A DNA stretch of 64,000 nucleotides from Raillietiella orientalis (lineage: Eukaryota), in the NCBI GenBank assembly GCA_036172245.1, contig JAYWIR010000012.1, positions 620,001 through 684,000 of the forward strand, in the 5' to 3' direction. A program made the translations under genes and the position numbers. The notes below the pieces were generated by a model. The model worked only from the letters and a program-made list of their open reading frames with translations. It was not told the origin of the DNA and did not search any database. Below are positions 38,590 to 51,150 of the stretch, in pieces; positions within the stretch are counted from its first letter, which is position 1, and each line of letters begins with the position of its first letter.

Positions 38590-39960
38590 CCAAGAAAATG
38601 GACAAGGAGATTGTTTTTTAAGATGAAGAACGCAGTGAATGCGCAAAAAAGGAAGAGCAAAAATCCTGAGATCACGAAGAGGCATTCTGCGTCTACGAGC
38701 ATTTATATGTATGAGTATTTGGAGAAAACAGCGCGTTCAGTATGTGCCGCTAAAATGTCTCCAAAAGCAATAAAAGTGTAAGGCTGCTTTCATGATTAAT
38801 TTTGAGATTTTTTTTCTTTTTTGTTCCATGGCTACCCTGACTTTATTAACGAAAGCTTTGGTTGCGATTCTTTTTATTTTTTTCAGTAAAAAATGCCCAT
38901 TTCTATTATTTTGGAGCCAGCAACATATTTTACATCCGAATCGTACGAGCTCGAATAACGCGACGATTTCATGAAACGAATCGTGCGCGGCTAGCGTATA
39001 CATTGAGGGGAATTTCAAGAAAATCCAAACAGAAACACATGTGTGAGTGTTTAAATAAGTAATAACAGACCCAGAAAAAGGCAAGCTCTGCAGTGGAACG
39101 CGTCTCCCATCGAGATGTGAGAGCAACCATTCCCAGCTCCTGTGAGCCACCACATGGAGATGCAAAGGACCCCCGTTCCCAGGTGGACGTCACAGAACAC
39201 GGAAGAACAGCTGTCGGAGGACAAGGGGTCGTCCTCCTCCCAAGAATTCCGGGCCGCTGCGAAAGAGGGAAACGCCCCACAAATATATCCCTGACGGCGA
39301 TCCAGAGTTTCGTGACCAGGGAGACCAGGGCCAGAGAGGAGAGTCGGGAGAATCGCGCGGCGTTCAAGATAGTCCAGCGCAAAAAAAAGGTGGGCTTGGC
39401 CGCCAGAAATAAACTCCCACAAGTCCTTGATGGCCATTGGAAACGGCAACAGTGTTATTCCTGTTAAATGTAGCGGGAAAAGAATGAAAGAAAAACTTCT
39501 GGTGACGCAATGAGCACACGGCATCGTTACTTTATAAGATCGTTTTTCTGTTGAAATAAATGTACCTTACCCTGAGTCGGAATGGAAATAAGCCTCAAGT
39601 AATACCTACACTCCAGTGTTCACATGAAAAAAACATCATCGTTACTCTTTCAGTCCGTAACCGGAAGATTATTTGGAATGGTGGATTGCTGACAACCTTA
39701 TTCGTGCTAAACGATATACGATCATATTTGTATAGTAGTTAGCTTCACGGATTGGCGTGTTTTTGAGTGTAATGACAGAAAAGCAACAGAAAACTACCCT
39801 TGCGTGCAATGTTTTGTATGCTATTAATGAAACTGATTTATGTAGGTGAGATTTACAAGCTCTGAGGTCAGCACGGATTGATGGTTTTTTGCTTTTGCCG
39901 GAAAGTATTGAAATATTCCGTGTATCCTGCATATTTTTTGAGTTAGAAACCATGTACGAG
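38590..39960. promoter_or_regulatory. Candidate CpG-retaining promoter region for Asx (possibly bidirectional)
   Basis: CpGs are frequent at ~36-39.9 kb versus nearly absent at 29.5-35 kb; strong minus-strand donors G|GTAAGT at 38589 and G|GTAAGG at ~39570 could end non-coding first exons; plus-strand donor AG|GTGAGA at 39846. Inference only. Confidence 0.3.
39070..39470 (-). mobile_element. Probable decayed L1/Tx1-like ORF2 fragment
   Basis: GC-rich island in AT-rich DNA; minus WTILNAARFSRLSSLALV...RDIF resembles the post-RT L.N....SRL.Y region; composition matches the 1-12 kb fragments. Confidence 0.35.
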
Positions 39961-42900
39961 GTAATGGGTGAAAGATACAAAAACTGGATTGAAAGTAAAC
40001 TGGAGAGTTTTTGATGTCATTCAATGAATGCAGCTTACTATATAAGGGATCCTAGCTAGTTATCCTTTGTAATTTCAAAAATAAAAGATCTGCACATGTA
40101 TTTTCCAATATCCTATCAATAGAATGCTGTTAACTATATTTCACAGGACAATCCACTGTTTTGTAATTCGAATTTGTTTTAGTCAACTGTTTTTTGTACC
40201 AATGTTCGAAGGAAAAAACGAATCAAACTGTAATCAACACGGATAATTATTGTCAACCAGCCCATCCAAAGATCTTTGCTGATTTAGTAAATTCTGATCC
40301 TTGCCGTGAGTTACAGATTTAACACAACAAAAGTAACTTATAGAATAAGTGCCATTTGGAGTACAAATCCAGCCATCTATCTATTATCAAAGATTTTCAA
40401 TCAATGACTTGAAAATCAGTATCAGCTGTGGAACCAAACTGACTGTGTGATTCCACAAATATGCACATAGTAATCCAGTACTTTGAAAAAAGCCTGATTA
40501 ATAATGCAACTCAATAAATACCCAACATAAATACATACAACATTGCTTGAATACATACATGAGTTTAGAGTAATCTGGTGTAACTGATACGGGCATCTGT
40601 CATAGACCATCATTGCAAGTATCTAAACAGGACAACAATTTGTTGCCCTTATTTATCCTAAAAAGTTCCCCAAAATAAAGCAAAAAGAAAACTGCAACTG
40701 CAGTTGTAAATCATGAGTAGTTTGTTAACTTACTCATTTTAAAGAACTGCTACTAAAGCAGCTTAAAAGTGCTAAAAACTCCAAGAGTAAAATAAAGTCA
40801 CGGATCAAAAGAGCAGTCATATTGAAAATAAGCTATCTTGTTTTTTTGTAAGATAATGACTACTATTCTTTGGTGAAATTGGTGGCAAACAGATGAAGCT
40901 TTGCATCCTGTGACTCTTTATTATATACTGCAACCTCTTGCTCAATAAATATAAATTGATGGCAAAAGAATGCTTGAATGTCAAATGTTCTTCCACAACT
41001 TTTTATAAAGATTGGTATGAAACTAATTATATGAAGTGAAATGAATACATCCCAAGATCCTTTTTCTTTAAATTCATTTTAAATTTGGTGATTTTTTCAA
41101 TTCTTAAATTTCATTGTTCACATGCATCATACAATGGATATCAGTGCATTGTACAAGAAGTAGACACTATTTGTTCTGAGTATGCAACATTTGTTCCAAA
41201 AAAAAAGTCTTTGAATTTTCCAAGGGAGCATGCTATATGGTGAGAGCAATGAATATTCTGACAAAAATACACTGGAGACTTGAAACACTGATCCTGTTCT
41301 TCATGCTTTTCCTTCTCTCCTCAGCAAAAGAGAGCTACAGAGATGGTCACCAAGTTTTGTACTAATATGTGCAAAACACTCTTTAGATCCTTATGTTTTA
41401 TGAGCCATGCAAACTGTGAAACATCATGATTGCATCTTTTTCATTCTTAATTTAAACTGAAAATGTCATAGTGCTGAAAGAAAATCATAAGAATAGCTCA
41501 CATGAAAATGATTCACATCTAGCCACATTAAGTAGTTGTGGAATACACTCTTGATACTGATAGGAAAGTTTAATCTAAGCAAAGTGCTTATTTCTATACT
41601 TACGCAAACCTCTTTCTTAATAATGGAATGTCAAAAAACAGGAAAACACACAACGTTGGCTAAAAGTACTATGACATGGACCATGACATGTTCCTGGACA
41701 AAAACAACTTGGCTCGATACAATGATTTTGTGCTGTTGCTCATGCTATCTTTTGATTCTTCTGTGAACCTGACTAAAACAAGTTAGTGCAAGTTGATAGA
41801 ATGTTTGATAAAAGACTAACAAATCCTCATTTACAATTAAAGCAAAATGATAAACAATTTTGCTTTTGCAAAATTATTTCCATCATCACACTGAGTGAAC
41901 ATGAGATTCATTTCAGAAATAATGAGGTTCAATCTTCGGAAGTGAGTACTTTATGTATACAAGTAGTAAAGCTTACATGGATTGTAAACAGCTTTATCTC
42001 TAAAACACAAACATCAAAGTCCACTAAAAATCATAATGAAGACATGTATTAAGCAAATGCAGATGCTAGAGTTCTATACCATGCCCACATAAAAGCAAAC
42101 CACACTTATATGTAATGAAGAATCTGTATTTTGTGCTTCTACCGAACACCTAAGACATTTAACTGTTACCTATAACTTGATCCCTAATGTTACCATGTAT
42201 TATCAGAATCACCAATTTCCCCATACTTCTCTCACAATACAGTAAAATTTACCATTCAATATCAATATATTATTGTAAGCTGCTTCTGAAACTTATTAAA
42301 TGTAAAGTCAACTTCAAAAATTTGTTCCAGCTAAAACGAAACAAAAACATAAAATCTCTTAATGACAATCGGTGCATCTTGGAACACGGCAAGACGAGCA
42401 TTACCTGTTCTTGGGCATATGTCAAATGTGGATGAATGCAATATCAAGGTTTGAAATTTTTTTTTTTTTTCAAAACAGTTCCTCTTGAATAATAGTACAT
42501 CATGCTCTTCCTAATTCTAATTTCAATCAACATTAAGTTCGGCAACGGCAAAAAGAAAAAATTAAAACACCTTATGGCGGACTGAAATAAATACAAAGGA
42601 CTTCAACTTGTATATGTTTTTATACGTGCACCCAGTGAACAGCTGCAATATTTGGTCAGACCCTTTCCAGCAAAACAGGAAAACAAAAGCCTGTTTAGAA
42701 CAATGAGCTATTTTTTTCCATTTAAACAGATACTGTGGAAATTTTTGCATCCTTCTCGGAAGGGCACTTCTGTGGAGCAACTGAACTACAAGTACTAAAG
42801 CTATTCGAAATGGCACGGTGCTTCGCAAGAGCATTACACAACAGGTCTTGGAAAAACTCTTCAGAGTCGGTAATTCATATGCTAAAATTTTGCTCCAAGC

Positions 42901-43669
42901 AACAAAATACAGTGTAGCTGATCCACTAAAATGTATATATATATATATATATTTTTGTGAAGACATGTGTTGAATACACCCACTGTTTGCTTAAATATTT
43001 ATCTGCTCCTTCCTAGGGTTTATTGGTGCTACCAGACAATAAAAAAAAGTTCAAAGCAAAAGTGAGTGAAACTGCCCACTGCCATTTTCGTTTATATCTT
43101 TTTTAGAATTGCTTTCCTTGAATGAGAAGTCCTCCCAGTGTAAATCATTTTTGTAAAATTCTAGTGTAATTCATAAATACAGTGTTTAATATATGCATGA
43201 ACCCAATAAAGATGTACATGGAGCCACCTGTTTGGATCAAAAGTTTGCTAATGAAAAGCTTACTAAGGCCATGTATTTTCTTTCCACTTTTTTTTCAAGT
43301 CGTTGGGCCTCCTGTTGCTTCTGAACGAGCGAAAAGTTCATCGTTTGCAATGCCGGCAAGAATGTCTAAAACAAGGAATACACCATTCTAAAGTGCAATC
43401 ACGTATTCATGATAAGCACAAGGCTACTCCAAAGTAGTAGATTAGCATAATAATATACCAGCCAGCTTTATAGGAAGACTGTGAATCGGATTACAATGAG
43501 CTAAGCTTTCTTTCACAAGTCAATCGAGGTACTGCCAATTATAAAGCCATGTGTGATTGGGCTGACTGAACATTAAAATCTCATTTGTCTTTGGTCTTTG
43601 GCCAGGGGCAATATACATGGAACCACTCTTTGTTTCGTACATACCTAAAAGCAAAAAGCGAGGCGTTTA

Positions 43670-45896
43670 CCGTAACCTCCCTCATAACGCGGGTTCGTAC
43701 AGCGCGGCGAAAACTTTGCGGCGGTACTCGTATAACGCGGTCGAGCAGCTCCATACGACGCTGTGCGGGTGCATCTGTGGCGTGGTGTGAGCTGAGGTGT
43801 TTTTTAAAAAAGAATACGAACGCACGATTTAAGTAGGTTGAATTCATTTTTTTTTGTGGTTGTTGTTATTTCCACGTTGAAGAGAGAGAGAAAGAGAGAG
43901 AGGAAAAAAAAAAAAAAAAAACCTTTTTCTCCCCTTTTAGCCATGTCCATCGACAACGAGGGAAAAAAAAAGCTGAACAGAAAATTCATATCTTTGGAAG
44001 GAAAAATTCAAATTCTGGATATGTTGCAGTCCGGTGAGAAATTAACGTCTATTGCCAAAGAGTTGAATTTAAGCGAGTCAACAGTTCGGACTATTAAGAA
44101 AAATGAAAACAAAATAAGAGCCAGGATTTCTGCCGGTTCTTTAGTCAGCTTAAACAGAGCTGCTCGTATAAAAGGCACTTTGATGCCGAAAATGGAGAAG
44201 TGCTTGATGCTGTGGATAAAGGATTCTCACTCGAAGAACGTGCCTCTGAACAACCAGGACATAAAACGAAAGGCTCTGGAAATTTACCATCACTTGAGAG
44301 AGCGTGGAGGCGCTTCTTTCAGCGAGCCGCAGAAGACAGAGTTCAGCGCGAGCAAAGGGTGGTTCAACGGCTTCCGGAAACGGTTCTCTTTGGACGGCAT
44401 AAAGATCGTGGGGGACGACGTGTCCGCCGACGTGGAAGGAGCCAAGAAGTTTCGGGAAGAGCTTTGGAAAGTGGTAGGAGAAGGCACGTACACAGCGGAT
44501 CAGGTGTACAACGCGGACAAGTTTGCCTTGTACTGGAAGAGAATGCCCAAGCGGACGTACGTTGCGAAAAATGAGAAATCCGCCTCTGGGTTTACGGCTT
44601 CTAAGGACAAGATCACTTTTGTTCTGTGTTGCAATGCATCCGGAAGTTACTTGACAAAGCCCTTGTTGGTCCATCGCTCCTTGAACTCACGTGTAATGAA
44701 AAGAATCGACAAGTCGAAGTTTCCTATTTACTGGAGAGCAAATAAAAAGGCACGGGTTCCAGGTGTTCTCTTCCGTGATTGGTTTTACAACTGCTTTGTA
44801 CCAGATGTCAAAAATTACTCAGAAAGAAAAAGTATCAGTTTCAAGGCTTTGTTAATCATCGACTGCTCCCCAGAACATCCGACGGATTTAAATCATCCGA
44901 ATGTCAAGGTGATTTTTCTGCCACCCAATACGAGATCGATTCTTCAACCATTGGACCAGGGTATCATAAAAATATTCAAATCCTATTACATACGCCGAAC
45001 ATTTCAACTGATTTTGGATGAAGCTGATAGTAATCCAGATAAAACGGTGCTGCAATTATGGAAGGAGTTTTCGATTTCAAATTGTATACAGATCATTTCT
45101 GAGTCTTTCAAGGAATTGAGATCTTCAACTCTGAATGCTGGCTGGAAGAGAATTTGGCCTGAAGTTGTTGCCAAAGGAAATCGTTTAGCCTCGATGGCAA
45201 CAGAGGTCGATCAGATAATAGGTATTGGTCAATTCTTGGGTGGAGAGGGATTTGACGACATGAACAAGGAGGATGTTCGTGAATTAATTATTAGAGACCA
45301 AGACTTAGACGAAGAAGATCTAGTGCAACTGGCGGACAACTCTGTTCCCAGTTTTCGAAGCGACCACGAAGAAAGTTCCTTACAGATCTTAAATCAGGGA
45401 TTTGACCTCGCCAAAAAGCTCGAAACACATTTTACGGATAATGACCCTTCGACGGAGCGCGTCGCAGAGTTTAAGAGGAAACTGCAAGACTGTATGGCTC
45501 CATATTATGAGATCCAAAGAGAGCTGGAAAGATGCAGCAAGAAGTCTCTGATGGCTGAAATTTTCATGAAGAAAACAGCGGAAGGTGATGCATTTTTTAG
45601 CAGCGAGATTAGGAGAGCCGAAAGTATGGAGGTGTTTAAATAGAATAAAAATCAATAAACAAATAGAATCAAAATCAAATGAAGGAAAAAGTTGTTTTTC
45701 CTTCATTCCAAATTGAATGATCAACAAACAAGTTTAATTTTTTCCCCCTTTGCTTTCGGATGAGCTCAACTTTGTGCTGTTATGACATTTAAGGCACACT
45801 TTGTGTCTTTCATAAATACCATTATTATTCGTATATCACCCATAGGGCTCGTATAACGCGCAGCGTATCCCCGTGTTATACGGAGGAGACCTACTG
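43670..45896 (+). mobile_element. pogo/Tigger DNA transposon shell (about 2.2 kb) with eroded TIRs
   Basis: TA|CCGTAACCTCCCTCATAACGCGGG at left; CCCCGTGTTATACGGAGGAGACCTACTG|CA at right; identical subterminal 13-mer CTCGTATAACGCG at 43727 and 45848. Confidence 0.75.
43943..45643 (+). CDS. pogo/Tigger-type transposase or TIGD/CENP-B-like protein, 566 aa, intronless and intact
   Basis: N-terminal HTH (RKFISLEGKIQIL...IAKELNLSESTVRTIKKN), CENP-B HTH (MEKCLMLWI...FSASKGWFNGFRKR), DDE_1 domain VYNADKFALYW / LLIIDCSPEHP / FLPPNTRSILQPLDQGII (30 residues between D2 and D3); ATG preceded by a polypyrimidine tract plus AG; two AATAAA just after the stop. Confidence 0.92.
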   Translation: MSIDNEGKKKLNRKFISLEGKIQILDMLQSGEKLTSIAKELNLSESTVRTIKKNENKIRARISAGSLVSLNRAARIKGTLMPKMEKCLMLWIKDSHSKNVPLNNQDIKRKALEIYHHLRERGGASFSEPQKTEFSASKGWFNGFRKRFSLDGIKIVGDDVSADVEGAKKFREELWKVVGEGTYTADQVYNADKFALYWKRMPKRTYVAKNEKSASGFTASKDKITFVLCCNASGSYLTKPLLVHRSLNSRVMKRIDKSKFPIYWRANKKARVPGVLFRDWFYNCFVPDVKNYSERKSISFKALLIIDCSPEHPTDLNHPNVKVIFLPPNTRSILQPLDQGIIKIFKSYYIRRTFQLILDEADSNPDKTVLQLWKEFSISNCIQIISESFKELRSSTLNAGWKRIWPEVVAKGNRLASMATEVDQIIGIGQFLGGEGFDDMNKEDVRELIIRDQDLDEEDLVQLADNSVPSFRSDHEESSLQILNQGFDLAKKLETHFTDNDPSTERVAEFKRKLQDCMAPYYEIQRELERCSKKSLMAEIFMKKTAEGDAFFSSEIRRAESMEVFK

Positions 45897-48800
45897 CACT
45901 TGTATGTTTGCTATTAAAATGTGGCTTGGTAATTTTTAATGAGGTCTAGTGATGAATTATTCGACCAGTTACAATAAAGCAAGAAGCTGATAAAATCACC
46001 ATGCAATAGCTCTTTTCAGCTGCGGTAACTTTGTATGTGGGTAATGTGATAATTATTTGTATCTTATTATTTTCTGGGTTGTAAGCGCAGTGGGCACCCA
46101 TAAATGGATTTCTAGGAATGAACTTGATTATATTAATGCCTCACAGTGGTCAATGTAATTAAAAATGCAAGTCTGAGCATTTTCCAGAACTCATGTTATT
46201 GCAAGACAAACAAGATTTCAAAGATCACACAGTATCTCCTTATTTGCTGCTCTTATTCTGAAATACTTATAAAACAGCCACTCTGAACATGAGTTACTAA
46301 GCATAGCTTCGGAAATTTCCGATAATTCCAGGAGTCCTTACTAACATTCGGTTATCGAATAGTAAAGGGAAAAAAATCGAAAACTGGAAGGTGGCAGCCT
46401 CACTTGCCATCGATGATTTGGTGGATGATTCAATTTGCAAACCACTCGTAGATTCAGATATTAGGATGAGTACGTGAGCATCCATGTCCGAGTGCATGTC
46501 TTTTCCATAACGAGCAACTTGGAAGCTCCAAGACTCGTTCTCGGAATCTACATATTAATTTTTGCGCATTTCCTCTCATAAAGGATGATTATGTTATCCA
46601 TAACAAACTCCATACATCAGTTTCCTCGATCCCTTAGCGATTCGTCAATGTATTGAATACGGGTCCGTTTCCGGATGAAGATTAACGAAAAGTGAATTTG
46701 TAATTTCTTCTTAGAAGACCGCATAAAAAGTGTGCTTTCAAGGTACATTTCTAGTGAGGCTAAACCGAGAAGGTCCAAGAAGGTCACTCGTTAGGCAAGT
46801 GACATCATAAACCCAGTAGCAGATAATTCCCACTGCCGAAGATTTTTTTTTTTTTTTAAAATAAACAAGCTTTGAAGACGAAAACCATCTCAGAAGAAAA
46901 GGAATCCCACTTCTGATAATAATAATTTTCTTTGGTGAGCGGCCATGGATGTGAGCCAGCAAGCAGGATTCTACTCTTTCACTGTAAAGCCATATTTCCT
47001 TTTCAAGGAGACTCTACGATGTAACGATCCAAATATGAACTCTCTACTTTTCTTTGCAGCAAACGAAAAAGTTCAGACAAGCAAGCAACGATGGTCAACC
47101 CAAGGACTGAAAACGGAGACCGAAAATCTCTAAACGGGAAGAAACAAAAGGACCATTCTTTGAAAAATTTGAGACTCCAAGATGCTCCCATAGCATTTCA
47201 ATTTCCTTAGCGTGGTTCGTTTCCCAAGTGGATCGATCTCTCGTGTTTACTTTCCTATCAGCTGTGCAGAGAAAAACAATCTCCTACAGACTGTGTTCTC
47301 GATGATTTTTGAAATTTTGGAAGCCCTGCATACCTGGACGAAGCAAAAAGTAGAAGGTGAAGAGACTGCTTGGCATAGAATTCCATACAAACATGGGAAA
47401 ATAATATATTATGTATTCAGAAGTCAGTACGGAGCAGATGCATTTATTCTTGAGGAAAAAAAAACGAGGAACTCGCAGTGGTATCTCACAATCACACCAG
47501 CATTGAAAAAGAACTAGCTCTACTTCAGATCGTTTATTCAAATTTCCAGTGTATTTCAAAGGAAAAATGCGTTGAATTTCCCAATTACTGTTCTTCATAT
47601 TCATACTTTAATTTCATCATGCCATCATTTGCTTAAGCTTCGACTTCTTAGTTCACAAATGCTTCCTTAAACCTTAGGGGAATTCGGTTTCCCCGTTACC
47701 TCGCAAAGCACAGAGGACCGATTTTTAGGCTGCAACTTCAGCTGTTTCCATGTCTGTCTCCCTGCATCTATTGAAAGATAAAAATCGCTCTGAACGAACA
47801 CGGAAGTTTTCTCTTCTTTGAAACATGAGTCGAATCGTATTCAAAATTTCTGCAACGAAGAATTGAAATGGTTAGAAAGATATCATGGAAGAAAGTATGA
47901 AAGCCCGTACTTAATACTTATTCGTATTTCTCTAGTAGGTTACATTCGTATCATCTCCCGCCTATTGGATTTCCCTGAACGCTACTGAGAAGTTTTTAAA
48001 TATTGCATCCTGAAGTTACCATTTCTGAACCATCCGCATGCTCTACATCTCTCAGTTACTTAAGATGGTAGTCAGTGATTACTCAGTTTTTTTCATGTCT
48101 TTTCCTTTAGATAGAACAAAGGAAGCAGCAAAACCACCCTTCACCTAACCTTTTCTGCCCAAGTCATCACTCGAGCCTTTTCAACTTGCTTATCCAAGAG
48201 CCTTTTTCCGTGATGAATATGGATGGATTCAGCCTCCAGTGTAGGACTCAGTCGTTTAGATTGAAGCACATTTCTGTGCTCCCTCATTTCTATTCATGTT
48301 CAACCCTAAAGGCTTAGTTTTGAGGGAACTATAAACACCACATTCTCCTTAAAGATGAAAAGGAATTCATAAAAAAGGAAACGCTGCAATGACGATACAT
48401 TCTTTTAGTATTTACATGCGATTAACTTCCGCCTGTTTGTGTACACTTTCGCAGGATTTAACTTTCACTTCGCTGAGAACTTTGGAATTTTCGAAATCTC
48501 TCATGAAGCTATGAGGACCGCTGAAATTCGCAGGAGGGGTGCCTGGATTTCGACGAGTCCTCGAGTTTCAGTTATTCTGAATCCACCTTACTGTATGTGC
48601 CTGAACTTCAACACTAGCGAACACTAGCATCCAGACACAGCTCTTGAAATATGCCGTTATAACAAACTGCCGGTTCATTGCTCGTAAACATTCATGCACA
48701 ACACGGACCTTTCAAAAGCCCTTATACTATTACTGTTATCATAATTTGCAGAAATGGCTAGCCTGGCTAATCGTGATAACGTGAGAATGCATCTTCAGTA

Positions 48801-50479
48801 TTGCACACTTGTTGGAGTCCCCCCCTCCCCCCCCGAAGTTCAGTTTTGATTTTTTTTTTATTTTATCTAGATTTTGATGTATTATGATCGAGTATTTTCG
48901 GAGACCTATACATCCTTTGGAGTTCATTAACTGACTCCCCATGAAACGGTCATTAAACGAAATGAATTTTACACCAAACCGTAATTGTCCGATGAACCGA
49001 TTGTCCGAGCATCCTCAGTGTCAGAAATATACAATCAAGTGCCTATTTCCAAAGCTTTCCATGTTTCCTTAAAATGAAATTTCAGGATTGAACGTTCAAG
49101 CCGGTCCATGATTGCTGCACCATAACTACTTGAACGCCATGCTTAACAACGGTTTACGATGCAGTTGTACGATATGTATGCCCAAGAACATATTTGCAGA
49201 GCCTTATTTTAAGGGGCTTCCCAGGACATTCTCGAGTGACTGCTCAAAAAAAACGTCTTAGCTCGTGTCCATTTGAATCCTTGGGTGGCATCCGGCATCC
49301 AGCATGACAGCCCGCTGAGTTTTCGCCTGATAGCAACTTCATCTGGTTGTTTTCTGGGGCAATGTCTTCTGAAATTTATTCTCATTTCAACCGACTGTGC
49401 TGCACATCAATATCAGACGGTTCGTTCGTGCGACACAAGGGATGCCGCTACCGAAAATCCGATTCCAAAGAACAACTGGTTTCGCTTACTCAAAGAATAA
49501 CACCGCAATGAGCTAAGAGTTTGTGGATAGGAAAAGACATTCCTATTCCACTTTTCAAGGATTCACAGCGAGAATGGTTGCCGGTTGTGGGAATGCTGAA
49601 TGCCCAAAAGGGCATTCAATTCAATTAATTCGGATGGAGGAATGGTTCGTGTATCCGGGTATGGTCTGCTAACACTGGTGTCAGCTAATGAAGGCAAAGA
49701 ATGCCAAATTTGCAATACCGCACGTCCGTGCCGTCACCGATCGTGCTGAGGTCACTGAGATCATGATGCTCCGAATCAACGAACTTTAGGCCAAACAAAG
49801 ACCTTGCAAGGAAGGGTGCAAGAGGAACGGCTACAATTAAGATGACCGAGGGATCACGAAAAAAGCATAAAATAATCTCGTGTGTTTTAGGAGCTCGTTA
49901 GCTTTAGATTCGTTATTTGTCATTCCTTGTGAATAACAGCGCAGCGGTAGGTTGTACACGAAACACAAACAACGGAAAATTAAAATACATGCCGGATCAT
50001 CCAACTTAATTGAAACAGTTTCCTTTTTTTTTTTTTTTTTTTTTAATGTGGTCGTGAGCTTTCAAATGAAAATTATTGTGTATTTAGATATCGTCAAACC
50101 TCGGAGAAAGACCCGGTATTGGAGTTTGGCGTGATTCCCGTTGTGTATTTTCCAATTTACTCCCACTCCGTCCAGCATGCCATTTCGTATCATTAACTTA
50201 ACATGCCAAATTTTCAAGATGACAGGAACTTCATAATTTGGTTATTTAATTGCTGTCATTCGACAAAGAACCAGGAATCACATAAGGAAGAGCATCCCGC
50301 TATTTTATTCTAGCGCTTCGAATATCGTTGGAAACACACATTCAGTAAACAGACATATGCTGCCACCATGATTCATTTGCCATTGCTTATCACATATCAC
50401 ATCACAACGTGCAGCCAGTGCATAGAGTGTAAGTTTTCTGTTCTGCCATTTGAAAATATTAGCAGCTGCCAAGTGGGAA

Positions 50480-51150
50480 ACGTTACTTAAAACATCTAAA
50501 TTCACTTATCACCACATCTTGACAGTGCAGCCTCTCTCCTCGAGCCCAAACACAAAACACCATAGAAGTTGCATTCCTTTGCCGTTGGTTACTGTTCGGT
50601 AATCTCAATCTCTTGTGCAAACGCAACTGTTCGTTTCCCACATCCGGGCCGAAGAAGTGTGGCTGCACTTTCTTCTGCACGGTATGCATGCAGATTAGGT
50701 ATAATTTTTTATTTCCCTTTTCCTAGGAGTACTTTTACTTTCTGCTACTCGGATCCATGGACCTTTCGGTTATGCTGCATCCACCAAAATTTACTCTCAT
50801 GCAGGACAAATTTCTGTCACCAAGTGAGAATTCCTTGAACCACGACTTTGTTTACCGCACAAGCTTTATAAAATTCAATCCTAAAAGTTAAAATACCGGT
50901 TATGCGAATCCAATTCAAGCTTACAACGAGAGTAATGCCCACACTGCAACATGACCGCATCTTCGAGCAAACGTGCCTCCAGAACTGGTTGCTTCCCTCG
51001 TCCACTTTCTTCCGACAGATAAACTCTGTCATGCTTTCGTTGTTTATGCCTTTCGAGTGAAACCCACCTTTGCTGGCCTTCAAGAGTAGAGCTACTCATT
51101 CAAAGTCGTTGATACTTACAAAAATTCAAGGATATAAACAAGGCCACTGC
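50480..51150 (-). mobile_element. Possible heavily decayed pogo-like transposase remnant
   Basis: Minus LKASKG(G/W)F and later TSMVFCVWARGERL resemble F.ASxGW and TV.L...A.G.KL motifs; many stops and frameshifts. Confidence 0.3.

Noticed and set aside
43838..43942. N-terminal 35-aa extension of the transposase ORF in the ORF track
   Set aside because: Starts at TTG and runs through microsatellites and a splice acceptor; the ATG at 43943 fits the family N-terminus.
49597..49618. Perfect 9-bp hairpin tgaatgccc-aaaa-gggcattca as a Helitron 3' end
   Set aside because: No downstream CTRR terminus and no second copy seen.
49756..49778. bantam-family miRNA (tgagatcat)
   Set aside because: Seed match only; the 3' sequence differs and the hairpin is poor.
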